Source: an uncultured Bacteroidales bacterium
Lineage (GTDB): Bacteria; Bacteroidota; Bacteroidia; Bacteroidales; VadinHA17
Assembly: GCA_963753495.1 (NCBI GenBank)
Contig: CAVWCO010000005.1
Location: forward strand, 172,466 to 236,465
Direction of reading: 5' to 3'
Length of the DNA stretch: 64,000 bases
Shown: positions 44,306-54,969 of the stretch, in pieces
Layout: each line of letters begins with the position of its first letter
Numbering within the stretch: position 1 is the first letter of the stretch
Notes under the pieces: generated by a model
What the model saw: only the letters and a program-made list of their open reading frames with translations
What the model was told of the DNA's origin: nothing
Databases searched by the model: none
Position numbers and translations under genes: made by a program

Positions 44306-47009
44306 ATGGAAATTCCTTCGAAATATGAACCGGGCAGAGCAGAAAGCAAATGGTACGATTACTGGATGAAGCATGGATTTTTTAAAAGTGAGCCCGATGA
44401 CAGAGAGCCTTATACAATAGTTATTCCTCCCCCCAATGTTACCGGGGTTCTCCATATGGGGCACATGCTGAATAACACCATCCAGGATGTTCTGGTCCGC
44501 AGGGCCAGGATGCTCGGGAAAAATGCATGCTGGGTTCCGGGAACTGACCATGCCTCAATAGCAACTGAAGCGAAAATTGTAGCCAAGCTGAAAGCGGAGG
44601 GGATTGAAAAACGCGATCTGACCAGGGAGGAATTCCTTGATCACGCATGGGAGTGGACCGGGAAACATGGCGGGATAATCCTGGAACAGCTCAAGAAACT
44701 GGGTGCTTCCTGCGACTGGGACCGGACACTCTTCACAATGGATGAGAAGACGTACCGATTCAGTAATAAAGGTATTTGTTGATCTTTTTAATAAAGGGCT
44801 TATTTACAGGGGTGTAAGAATGGTCAACTGGGATCCGCAGGCTATGACTGCCGTATCGGATGAGGAGGTCAATTATACTGATGAAAAATCAAAACTCTAC
44901 TATGTCAGGTACAAAATAGTCGGTGAGGAGGGTTATATAATGGTCGCGACCACCCGGCCCGAGACAATCCTCGGCGATACTGCAGTATGCGCAAATCCAG
45001 CCGATGAAAGATACAGGCATCTGAAAGGCAAAAAGGTTATAGTACCCATGGCTAACAGGGAAGTTCCTTTTATTTTTGATGATTATGTTGATATGGAGTT
45101 TGGCACAGGATGTCTTAAAATAACACCTGCCCATGATATTAACGATTATGAGATCGGGCTCCGGCACAAGCTTCCCTCAATAGATGTATTTAATGATAAT
45201 GGAACGATAAGCGAAAATGCAGGGATGTTCACAGGTCTCGACAGGTTTGTCGCAAAAGACCTTGCTGAAAAGGAATTGCATCGTACCGGCGATCTGGTAA
45301 AGGTTGTTCCGTACAATAATAAAATCGGACGGTCAGAGCGTACAAATGCTGTAATTGAACCCAGACTTTCGGTACAGTGGTTCCTTAAGATGAAGGATGT
45401 TTCAAAGCCGGCTCTTGATGCGATAATGAATGGAGAAATACACCTTCATCCCGCTAAATTCAGGAACCTTTATCGTCACTGGATGGAAAACGTCCACGAC
45501 TGGTGCATAAGCCGTCAGCTATGGTGGGGACACAGGATTCCGGCCTGGTATTACATGAACAATGAAGTTGTTGTTGCCGAAAACGCCGCGATGGCATTAA
45601 GCCTTGCAAGGGAGAGAAGCGGCAATAAAAATTTGAAGGAGAGTGATCTGCGGCAGGACGAAGATGTGCTTGATACCTGGTTCTCCTCGTGGCTCTGGCC
45701 GATAACATGCTTTGATGGTATAAACAATCCCGATAGCCGTGATTTAAAATATTATTACCCTACAAACGATCTGATTACTGCCCCTGAAATATTATTTTTC
45801 TGGGTTGCACGGATGATCATTGCCGGGTATTTATATCAGGGTAAAAAGCCGTTCAGCAATGTATATCTCACCGGTCTGGTCCGCGATCAGCAGAGAAGAA
45901 AAATGTCAAAGTCCCTTGGAAACTCACCCGAACCGCTTGATCTGATAAAAAAATTCGGTGCAGATGGTGTAAGGGTTGGAATGATGTTATGTTCTCCGGC
46001 AGGCAACGATCTCCTGTACGACGATTCCCTTCCTGAACAGGGCCGGAATTTTGCCAACAAAATATGGAATGCCTTCAGGCTTGTAAAGAGCTGGAGGGTG
46101 GATGAAAAAATCTCCCAGCCTGAATCATCAGCTGTTGCAGTAAAATGGATGAATGAGGTGCTTAAGAAATCACTTGGCGAAATCGAATCCAACTTCAAAA
46201 GATTCAGGATATCAGAAGCCCTTATGCAAAGCTATAAGCTTTTCTGGGATGAATTTTCGGGATGGTATCTTGAGATAATAAAACCGGAATATGAAAAACC
46301 TGCCGACAGGAATACATACAACGCTACGATATCTGTTTTTGATACTCTTCTCAGGATAATCCACCCGTTTATGCCTTTTATAACGGAAGAGATATGGCAA
46401 TTAATTGAAGAACGCAGGGATGGGGAAAGCCTTATGATCTCTTCCATCCCGCGGGCAAAGAAATATGATAAAGAGCTTATTGCCAGGTTTGATAATGTTA
46501 AAGAGACTGTAACAGCCATACGTACAGTAAGGAAAGAGAAACAGATTCTTAACAGGGACCCTGTGGAATTATCTGTAAAAACTGACAGGAATAGTTACGA
46601 TTCATATTTTCTTCCTGTGATAAAGAAGTTATGTAACATTTCAGAAGTTTTCTTTGCTGCTGAAAAGCCTGACAATGCTGCCACATTCATGGTGAAAACC
46701 ACCGAATTCTATATCCCAATGGGAGGAAAAATCGATCCTGAAAGTGAAAAGGTAAAAATCAGGACTGACCTTGAATACTTTAGAGGATTCCTTGATTCAG
46801 TAATGAAAAAACTTAATAATGAACGTTTTGTAAAAAACGCTCCTTCGGCAGTCATCGAGCTCGAAAACAAGAAAAAGGCTGATACAGAGTCAAAAATAAA
46901 GTCGCTGGAGGAGGCCTTAAAAAGCTTCGCATGGAAAGGGGAAACCATTTTTAAAACCAGACTGCGACTGCAGACCGCAGACTGCAGACTAAGAATTTCA
47001 GGGAACTAG
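44306..47009 (+). CDS. valS: Valine--tRNA ligase, apparent indel at ~44750
   Basis: [13 protein letters not shown] (HIGH), [17 protein letters not shown] and C-terminal coiled coil; -7 box TAATTTTG at 44264. Confidence 0.96.
46958..46990 (+). repeat. Imperfect 7-bp tandem repeat (CAGACTG)
   Basis: CAGACTG CGACTG CAGACCG CAGACTG CAGACT. Confidence 0.75.
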
Positions 47010-48299
47010 TTTCCTTATGGAGTAGTTCTGACCTGATTCCTTAATTACCCATCCCTCATTCAGGATCATTTGCCAGCCTTCGCCGTAAATGTGATTTTTG
47101 TCGATTTTCAGACCTTTGGCGGTTATCCGCAGGAATTTATAGTTATTTGAAACAAGACACCCTATTTTGTCGACTGTCAGTTTTCCCCAGTTATCCGAAA
47201 CGCGCATTGTATTATAGAGAGTGCCAAGAGTATCAAGGAAATGAACGTCTTCAGGTTCGAAATCAAAATAGGGGCTTTCAAGTTCAAGAAGCACTACAGC
47301 TTCTGATGTAAATACACTTACCTGGTTATTGAGCCTATCCCTGATATCCTTCAGTCTCTGTTCCTCTTCATTATAAATCTCCGAAATTTCATAGTTGATT
47401 GAAATGCTCCCTGCAACATCACGGCAAACCTTCGGCAATTCAATATTATAGAGTTCTTTGACCAGATTGCCAAGATCAATGTTATAGGGGGTGATTGTTT
47501 TGAAATCGAATCCCTTGTCATGGAGCAATGTTGCATAAAGGGCTCCATGAATTGAACCGTATGACCTTGAATATGACTGAAAGGAATAGATCCGGTCGAG
47601 GTACTCAAACAGCCTTGACTCATATTCCTCCTGCGATTTGGTTGTTAGAAGCAAATATGTAAATGTTGCCAGCCCTTCATAGGTTTCAAAACGGTTTTCC
47701 ATACTGACATTTTTTGGGAATGTTTCACGGTTCGATCCCCTGAAGATCAAAGCATCCCTGATGGCCAGTTTTTGTTCTTCACCGTCAGAGCCGATAGCTT
47801 TTTTCAGAGCTTTCCATTCCAGCTTGATCCAAATGCGCGCCTCTTTTTCATCCATATTGATGGCATTAAAATATTCATTGTTAATGCCTGCCGACTGCTG
47901 GAACCTGTGGAAAAGGGAATGAATTGCTCTGGTTGTCAGCCTGTAATCGTCCTCTTCATTTGGCAAAGGAGCCATTCCAAAGCAGGTTCCTCCAAAATTC
48001 ACGGCTGCTATATTGATGATCCTTTCCCTTGGGTAAAGCCCGTAATAAATACCATCTTTAAGCTTAAGCAAACCATCATTGTCAGGCTGATTTGCAAATA
48101 TCTTTCTGCTGTCCCTGTCAACAAACATAAGAGGACCGTACAGGTTTGTTCCCCAAAGTTTTCCGCTGTCGAGGTTGCAAATATCCTCAGTTCTTTTAAA
48201 AATAAGTTTCGCTTTTTCAGCTGTAAAATAAGTTTCCTCAACTGGTCCCTTACATCCGGAGAGAAAAACCAGGAAACACAAAAAAATCCAATTTTTCAT
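46998..48299 (-). CDS. Hypothetical lipoprotein with degenerate zincin-like motif
   Basis: Lipobox LSGC; AIHSLFH and downstream EGLATF. Confidence 0.7.
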   Translation of the reverse strand: MKNWIFLCFLVFLSGCKGPVEETYFTAEKAKLIFKRTEDICNLDSGKLWGTNLYGPLMFVDRDSRKIFANQPDNDGLLKLKDGIYYGLYPRERIINIAAVNFGGTCFGMAPLPNEEDDYRLTTRAIHSLFHRFQQSAGINNEYFNAINMDEKEARIWIKLEWKALKKAIGSDGEEQKLAIRDALIFRGSNRETFPKNVSMENRFETYEGLATFTYLLLTTKSQEEYESRLFEYLDRIYSFQSYSRSYGSIHGALYATLLHDKGFDFKTITPYNIDLGNLVKELYNIELPKVCRDVAGSISINYEISEIYNEEEQRLKDIRDRLNNQVSVFTSEAVVLLELESPYFDFEPEDVHFLDTLGTLYNTMRVSDNWGKLTVDKIGCLVSNNYKFLRITAKGLKIDKNHIYGEGWQMILNEGWVIKESGQNYSIRKLVP

Positions 48300-48333
48300 T
48301 TATCAGAAATATCGGTCTAAAAATAATAATTTT

Positions 48334-49281
48334 TTAACTATTGCCATGCAATGCGGGCGTTGCCTCATTCACACCTGAATCCGACTGCCTTGCATCTTTA
48401 ATACTCACATTCAGTTCGAACCCTATCAGCAGGGCAATGGAGTTAAGATAAAGCCACAGAAGGATCACCATAAGTGTTCCGATCCATCCATAGATCTTAT
48501 TGTAAGGTCCGAAGTTGTTTACATAAGCTGAAAATCCAAGAGAAGTGATAATAAACAGGAGAGTTGCAAGGGTCGATCCCGCTGTTACAAATCTGAAATC
48601 ATGCCTCTTTGCCGGTGCCAGGTAGTACAGAAATGAAATTGCCAGGAAGAGCAAAAGGATCACTACAATCCACTTAAGAAGTACAAATATTGAAATTACA
48701 AGGCTTTTTTCGAGGATATCATACTCTACAAGTGCGTTTATTGCCATTTTCCCGAAAATTATAAGCGCTCCTGCGATTGCAATCATAATGAGACCTGTCA
48801 TAAGAATAATAACAGACACCTTCCTTTGGTTAACCCATGACCGCGATTTGAAATTATGGGAGGTGGTTACAAATGAATGAATAACTGCATGAATCCCGTT
48901 CGTTGAAAAGACGATTGTTGCAAAGAACATTACCAGAAGGAGGCTGCCGCTTTTATTTGTGACAATGTCAATAATAGTGCTTTCCATAAGATTATAGGCA
49001 TTGACCGGGAGGATGCTTTCAAACAGTTTTATAAGTTCCTCCTGGAAATTCGGTATCGGTATGAAAGGGATTAGCGTGAAGACAAAGATGGTGGCAGGCA
49101 GAAGGGCCATGAGGAGGTTAAATGCTATGGATGATGCCCGGGTAACGAGCACTCCTCTCCTGAATCCTTTGATTACAAATTTGAATACATCATTTATAGG
49201 TATGCCATCGAAACCTGGCAGAACAAGATTCCCGGTTTTCTCAGTTATTTTAAATTTTCTCCCTTCTTTTTTGATTTGCAT
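48334..49281 (-). CDS. YihY/BrkB family membrane protein
   Basis: RASSIAFN; YVNNFGPYNKIYGWIG; LWLYLNSIALLIGFELN. Confidence 0.88.
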   Translation of the reverse strand: MQIKKEGRKFKITEKTGNLVLPGFDGIPINDVFKFVIKGFRRGVLVTRASSIAFNLLMALLPATIFVFTLIPFIPIPNFQEELIKLFESILPVNAYNLMESTIIDIVTNKSGSLLLVMFFATIVFSTNGIHAVIHSFVTTSHNFKSRSWVNQRKVSVIILMTGLIMIAIAGALIIFGKMAINALVEYDILEKSLVISIFVLLKWIVVILLLFLAISFLYYLAPAKRHDFRFVTAGSTLATLLFIITSLGFSAYVNNFGPYNKIYGWIGTLMVILLWLYLNSIALLIGFELNVSIKDARQSDSGVNEATPALHGNS

Positions 49282-49284
49282 ACT

Positions 49285-50139
49285 CTAGAAAGCTTTCAGG
49301 CTCAAATCAAGGCTATTAATATGATGGGTAAGAGCACCAACCGAAATGTAATCGACACCACATTCGGCGTAGCTTCTTATTGTATCAAGTGTAATGCCGC
49401 CTGATGATTCAGTCTCAAAACGGCCTCCGATTATCCCGACTGCCTCTCTGGTTTCTGTAACACTGAAATTATCGAGCATGATTCGATCTATACCACCCGT
49501 TTCAAGGATCTTCCTGATATCTTCAAGGTTCCGGGCTTCGATTTCGACTCTCAGGTTCCTTCCGGTTCGTTTAAGATAGGCTTCAGTTCTATGGATTGCC
49601 TTTTCAATACCACCTGCATAATCAATATGATTGTCTTTCAGCATTATCATATCGTACAGACCCATTCTGTGATTCCACCCTCCTCCAATTCTTACAGCCT
49701 CTTTTTCGAGGAATCTCATTCCCGGGGTGGTTTTCCTGGTATCAAGGATCTTTGTATTCAGTCCGGCCAGCCTTTTTGCATATTGCCTTGTACTTGTTGC
49801 AATACCGCTCATTCTCTGCATAATATTCAGAACGAGCCGTTCAGATTTCAGGATTGACTGTACCCTCCCCGAGATATGAAATACGATATCCCCCGGTTTA
49901 ATATCGGTACCGTCTTCAATGAATGGTTCAAATTCGATATCCTTATCTACAGTCCGGAAGACCTCCCCTGCAACCTGACATCCTGCTAACAGACCGTTTT
50001 CCTTGACAAGAAGCCTGGCTCTCCCTGTAGCCTCGGCCTGGATACATGCAAGGGATGAATGATCGCCATCTCCAATATCTTCACTGAGACTTCTTAAAAT
50101 GAAATCCTTCAGGATTCTATTCTGCGTTGTCGGGTTCAA
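49285..50139 (-). CDS. nadC: Nicotinate-nucleotide diphosphorylase (quinolinate phosphoribosyltransferase); start codon uncertain
   Basis: EDIGDGDH, ERLVLN.MQRMSGIAT, DTRKTTPG, MLKDNH, MLDNF and ISVGALTH. Confidence 0.94.
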   Translation of the reverse strand: MNPTTQNRILKDFILRSLSEDIGDGDHSSLACIQAEATGRARLLVKENGLLAGCQVAGEVFRTVDKDIEFEPFIEDGTDIKPGDIVFHISGRVQSILKSERLVLNIMQRMSGIATSTRQYAKRLAGLNTKILDTRKTTPGMRFLEKEAVRIGGGWNHRMGLYDMIMLKDNHIDYAGGIEKAIHRTEAYLKRTGRNLRVEIEARNLEDIRKILETGGIDRIMLDNFSVTETREAVGIIGGRFETESSGGITLDTIRSYAECGVDYISVGALTHHINSLDLSLKAF

Positions 50140-50521
50140 TGCGTAAAATGTGAATAAGTAACTCCTGGTCAACCTTTTTTAGAAGAATATATACTCTGAA
50201 AGTCCCCTTTTCGGTTTCAAGGTTGCCTATTGCATACTGAGCGTCAGTTTTTGCACCCTGGTGGCGGATAATAAAATCTTTGGAATGGTATTCTTTAAAA
50301 AAATCTTTCAGAATTGTCTCGGCAACATTCTTCTTATAGAAATCTTCTTTATCAAGAAGAAGGAGCTGCACTGTCGAATTCATGTATTTCGAAAGTTCAG
50401 TGGCATTTCCGGATTTTATAGCAAGCGAAATGCCAGCAGGTATCTTAGTTTGTTCCTGTGTAATTACAGCCAGGGAGCCGATCATAAATACTGCAGCCGT
50501 TATTGAAATTATGAACCTCAT
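50117..50521 (-). CDS. DUF4783-like protein
   Basis: Signal peptide; AIKSGNA.ELSKY, AETILKDFF and YAIGNL.T.KG.FRV; adjacent to nadC. Confidence 0.75.
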   Translation of the reverse strand: MRFIISITAAVFMIGSLAVITQEQTKIPAGISLAIKSGNATELSKYMNSTVQLLLLDKEDFYKKNVAETILKDFFKEYHSKDFIIRHQGAKTDAQYAIGNLETEKGTFRVYILLKKVDQELLIHILRIEPDNAE

Positions 50522-50705
50522 TTAATTCAGTTTTTATATATTCTAATACCAGGTCAAATCCTATGCGAATTTAAACTAATTTATTTTATAGAATACCCGT
50601 TTCTGTTTTTCAACCTGATTAATAGTTGCCGGAGCAAGTTATTAATTATTATTTTTGTAAACAGTACCGGACATTCTGTGGTATACAAAAGTCGGGCCAA
50701 TAATT

Positions 50706-51179
50706 ATGAAAATCGCGTTTTTACAAACAGGAAAAACCTCGGACAGGTATTTAGCGGACGGCATTGCAATTTTTGAAGAACGTTTAAGAAAGTATACGGC
50801 TTTTGAAATTTTAACAGTACCCGATGTCAGGAGTACACGTAACATGCCTTTGCGGGAGCAAAAGATGAGGGAGGGAGAACAGATTTTAAGATTTATCAAA
50901 ACCGACGATTATACAGTAATCCTTGATGAAAAAGGGAAAGAGTTTTCAACAGTGGAATTATCTTCCTGGCTGGAGAAAACTTTCATGCTGCAAAAGAAAA
51001 GAATTGTATTTGTTGCAGGAGGAGCCTGGGGTTTTTCGGATGATGTTTATAAAAAGGCGGATATGCATCTTTCCCTTTCAAGGCTGACTTTTTCTCATCA
51101 AATGGTACGGTTATTGTTTCTTGAACAGCTTTACAGAGCTTTCACGGTATTAAAAGGTGAACCTTACCATCACGAATAG
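50706..51179 (+). CDS. rlmH: 23S rRNA pseudouridine-1915 N3-methyltransferase
   Basis: LDEKGK, FVAGGAWGF and LSRLTFSHQMVRLLFLEQLYRA...PYHHE. Confidence 0.96.
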   Translation: MKIAFLQTGKTSDRYLADGIAIFEERLRKYTAFEILTVPDVRSTRNMPLREQKMREGEQILRFIKTDDYTVILDEKGKEFSTVELSSWLEKTFMLQKKRIVFVAGGAWGFSDDVYKKADMHLSLSRLTFSHQMVRLLFLEQLYRAFTVLKGEPYHHE

Positions 51180-51196
51180 ACAGGTATTACGACAGT

Positions 51197-54100
51197 ATGA
51201 AAGATGGAAAAATAAAGATAGCACCGTTTATCCTGGCAATTGGTCTTATCCTTTTTGCTATTGCGTCAGAATCGATATATCTGGGGGAATTTGAATACAG
51301 ATTCAGAACCAACAGATTCAACAGGATCCTGAAGGAGAAAGAAAGAATCATGGAAAACTGTCTGAATGGGATGAAGCCTATTCTGGCAAAGGGAGAAAAG
51401 CATGGATCAACCTCTGAAAACAAGCTATTCTCGATCGCGGAAAGTAATAATATTACAATTCTTGAATACATAGGGAACAAACTTATCTACTGGTCCGACA
51501 CCGGGTTTGATGTTCCACGGATCCTGGTTGACTCACTTTATAAAAAGCCATTAATATTTGTTCAGAATGGATGGTTTATCACCAGGTCAGTACATGCAGG
51601 TGATGAGATAATTGTAGGTTTGATGAGGATAAGAAGCGACTATGGCTTTGAAAATGACATTATCAGAAATGGTTTTGTGAAAGATTTTGGCATGCCTGAA
51701 AACACAGGATTCACAAGGAACCGTGATGCCTCTGAATATCACGTCTTTTCAACTGATGGGAGTTTCCTGTTTTCACTTTTATACCCTGCAGTCAAGGGAA
51801 AGACATTTTTCATTTATCTGCCATTATTACTATGGGGACTTGCTTTTTTCCTGCTGATTTATCTTGCTCTTAATCTGGTTGATCATCTGATTGCCCGTGA
51901 CAGGAAAATTGCTGCCTTCATCTCATGTTTTTCAATTTTTTCGGCTATCTACCTGCTGATTCTTTTAGCGCGAAAACCGGCGGTGCTGTTTCAGACTGAA
52001 TTATTTTCACCTTACAGGTACACAATGAATGCATTCATCCCTTCGCTCGGGCATCTTTTAATATTGAGCATTCTTCTTTCGGTACTTGCCTTTGTTTTTT
52101 TCAGGAGCTTGAAACCAGAAAGGATAAATCTGAAACCAGGTTATAAGACCATGACACTTCTTCTGGTTCCGGGTGCAATACTTTTTATACTGTATCATAT
52201 TGTTTTCAGCCACCTGATTTTTAATTCAAATATAAATTTTGAAACATTTAAGGTACTGGATCTAAATATATTCAGCCTTACAGGCTTTGTGTCAGCAATA
52301 CTGCTATTCGGCATTCCTTTTCTGTATACCCTGAGAGTTTTTCAGATCATGAAACGTCCGGAAGCCAAAATTGTCTTCCTTTCCGTGATTACAGCAATGG
52401 TACTCTTTCCGGTTTTCTTTTTCAGAGACCCGGTGGTCTTGGTTCCTGCTGCCCTTTTTTATTTTCTGGTGACGATTTTCGTATGGCTGCTGTTAAAAAT
52501 AAATACAGGGATCTTTAATAAAACAATCATTTTTTCAATACTATTTGGATTATATTCTCTTTTTCTCATAACACACCTTTCAGAAAAAAAGAGTGAGGAA
52601 AGCGTTAAAATACAACTCCTTTCATACTCTACTGAAAATGATCCCACTGCCGAACATCTTTTGCTCGATATGTGGCCAAAAATCTCAGGGGATAGCATCC
52701 TGAGGAATTTGATGGATGTGGTTACCTTTGAAAACAATGATTTTGACACTATCTCTAATTATCTGCACGATAAATATTTCAGTGGATACTGGGGAAATTT
52801 TAATCTTAATATTGTCCTTTGCCGGAAAAATGATCCCCTGAGTGTCAATGACTCAAATGGTTCATTCGAAGATTGTTTTAGTTTTTTCGGGAAGAAGATT
52901 TCAGCAGACGGGCAACAGCTTCCGGGAACGGGTTTTTATTTCATGGATAATAATCAGGGAAGATCAAATTATCTCGGGCAGGTATATTTTGAATATGACC
53001 AAAACAGGATTAACGGCCTTTTTATCGACCTTTTCAGCGATATTAACATTTTTCAGATCGGGTATTCCGAGCTTTTACTTGATAAGAAATATCACAGTTA
53101 CGCAAGGCTTAAGGACTATTCTTTTGGTAAATATATAAATGGGGAGATCATACTAAGGGCAGGAGAATTTCCTTATAATAAAACTGATGCCGGGTATGTT
53201 GAGAACGTTACTGATTTTAGCTTTTTTAAAGCCGATTCATTCAGGCATGTTCTATTTAAAAACGGTAATGTAACAGTGATTATAAGCTGGCCGGTTGTCC
53301 AGGCACAGGATCTTGTTATTTCTTTTGCATACCTGTTTACTTTTATCTTCATTTTTTCCAATCTGATTCTCTTCATAATAAAGAAACCTGTTATTAAAAG
53401 TCCTTCAGGATTTGACTTCAGGGAAAAGCTGCAGATGTCATTCATCGGTATCTTATTATTTTCTTTTGGCTTAATCGGTGTGGCAATTGCTTCGCAGGCA
53501 ATAAAGCAGTACAAGACAAAGCATTACGAGAATATACAGGAAAAGCTGAATTCAGTCTATATTGAACTGGAAAGCAGGATTTCGATGGAATTATTCCTTG
53601 CCTCAGACTGGAAAAGCAGTAATTACAATTCAATGGATGAAATGTTGATAAATCTGTCAAATATATTCAACACTGATATAAACCTTTATAACCTTAACGG
53701 ATACCTGATAGCTACTTCCAGGCCCGAGGTATTTTACAGGAACCTTACAAGCCGGAGGATGAATAATATGGCATATATTAATCTTACAAGCCTTCGGAAG
53801 AGTGAGTATCTTCATGAAGAAATGATAGGCAACCTTAAATATATTTCTGCCTATATTCCTTTTTATAATGCTGATAATGAGCTTCTGGCATACCTGAATC
53901 TTCCTTATTTCAGGATGCAGAGCGTAATGACCAGGGAGATTACAAACCTGATAGTCACAATTATTAATTTTACACTTCTTTTCATCCTGATTGCAATGAG
54001 CCTGGCCGTATTTATCAGTGGCCGCCTTACATCACCCCTAACAATATTAAGCAGCCGTCTTGCAACAGTGGAGCTTGGTAAAAAAAGCGAACATCTTTAC

Positions 54101-54880
54101 TATAAGGGGAACGATGAGGTCGGAGAGCTTGTCAGACAATATAACCGGATGGTTGATGAGCTGGATGAAAGTGCCCAGAAGCTTGCAAATTCTGAACGGG
54201 AATATGCCTGGAGGGAAATGGCAAAGCAGATTGCACATGAAATAAAGAATCCCCTGACTCCGATGAAACTCAATATCCAGCAGCTTTTTAAATCATGGAC
54301 CGATGGTGTTCCTGGATTTGAGAAGAAACTGGAAAGATTTACAAAGAACCAGATAGAATACATTGATAATCTCTCTTCGATAGCCACTGCCTTTTCGTCG
54401 TTTGCAAAGATACCTGAAGCAAACCCCGTTTCAGTTGACCTCCTGGAACAGATAAAGATCACACTCGAACTTTTTAAAGGCAGCGATAATATTACATTCA
54501 GAATCGGGTGGCCACATGATGAAAAGATATTTATTTATGCTGATAAAGAACAAATCAATAGTATTTTTTCCAATCTGATCAAAAACAGTATCCAGTCAAT
54601 TCCTCCGGGTAAGGATGGTATTATAAAAGTCAGTCTGGAGAAGCAGGACGATAAAATTATTGTTGCTGTATCTGACAACGGATCAGGAATTCCTGAATCA
54701 TTGCAGAAAAAAATGTTCACTCCGAATTTTACCACCAAATCATCAGGGACCGGCCTGGGATTATCAATAGTTAAAAGGTACGTGGAAAATGCAGGCGGAA
54801 GAATCTGGTTTGAATCCGAATCCGAAAAAGGATCAGTTTTTACAATTGAGTTTCCGGTCATTAAACCTGAGGATAAATAA
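51197..54880 (+). CDS. Large multi-TM HAMP sensor histidine kinase
   Basis: Many TMs, HAMP (DEVGELVRQYNRM), AWREMAKQIAHEIKNPLTP, DNGSGI and GTGLGL. Confidence 0.92.
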   Translation: MKDGKIKIAPFILAIGLILFAIASESIYLGEFEYRFRTNRFNRILKEKERIMENCLNGMKPILAKGEKHGSTSENKLFSIAESNNITILEYIGNKLIYWSDTGFDVPRILVDSLYKKPLIFVQNGWFITRSVHAGDEIIVGLMRIRSDYGFENDIIRNGFVKDFGMPENTGFTRNRDASEYHVFSTDGSFLFSLLYPAVKGKTFFIYLPLLLWGLAFFLLIYLALNLVDHLIARDRKIAAFISCFSIFSAIYLLILLARKPAVLFQTELFSPYRYTMNAFIPSLGHLLILSILLSVLAFVFFRSLKPERINLKPGYKTMTLLLVPGAILFILYHIVFSHLIFNSNINFETFKVLDLNIFSLTGFVSAILLFGIPFLYTLRVFQIMKRPEAKIVFLSVITAMVLFPVFFFRDPVVLVPAALFYFLVTIFVWLLLKINTGIFNKTIIFSILFGLYSLFLITHLSEKKSEESVKIQLLSYSTENDPTAEHLLLDMWPKISGDSILRNLMDVVTFENNDFDTISNYLHDKYFSGYWGNFNLNIVLCRKNDPLSVNDSNGSFEDCFSFFGKKISADGQQLPGTGFYFMDNNQGRSNYLGQVYFEYDQNRINGLFIDLFSDINIFQIGYSELLLDKKYHSYARLKDYSFGKYINGEIILRAGEFPYNKTDAGYVENVTDFSFFKADSFRHVLFKNGNVTVIISWPVVQAQDLVISFAYLFTFIFIFSNLILFIIKKPVIKSPSGFDFREKLQMSFIGILLFSFGLIGVAIASQAIKQYKTKHYENIQEKLNSVYIELESRISMELFLASDWKSSNYNSMDEMLINLSNIFNTDINLYNLNGYLIATSRPEVFYRNLTSRRMNNMAYINLTSLRKSEYLHEEMIGNLKYISAYIPFYNADNELLAYLNLPYFRMQSVMTREITNLIVTIINFTLLFILIAMSLAVFISGRLTSPLTILSSRLATVELGKKSEHLYYKGNDEVGELVRQYNRMVDELDESAQKLANSEREYAWREMAKQIAHEIKNPLTPMKLNIQQLFKSWTDGVPGFEKKLERFTKNQIEYIDNLSSIATAFSSFAKIPEANPVSVDLLEQIKITLELFKGSDNITFRIGWPHDEKIFIYADKEQINSIFSNLIKNSIQSIPPGKDGIIKVSLEKQDDKIIVAVSDNGSGIPESLQKKMFTPNFTTKSSGTGLGLSIVKRYVENAGGRIWFESESEKGSVFTIEFPVIKPEDK

Positions 54881-54969
54881 GGAAAACCAACAGTGAAATA
54901 ATAAAATTGGGATGTTCTCTCAATTATTTAGATATTTTAACGTTTACTTGTGGTAATCTGAATCTTTTA

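Noticed and set aside
47772-48320. Long antisense ORFs (also 5248..5712, 61525..61986)
   Set aside because: They are shadows of well-supported genes on the opposite strand and carry no recognisable motifs.
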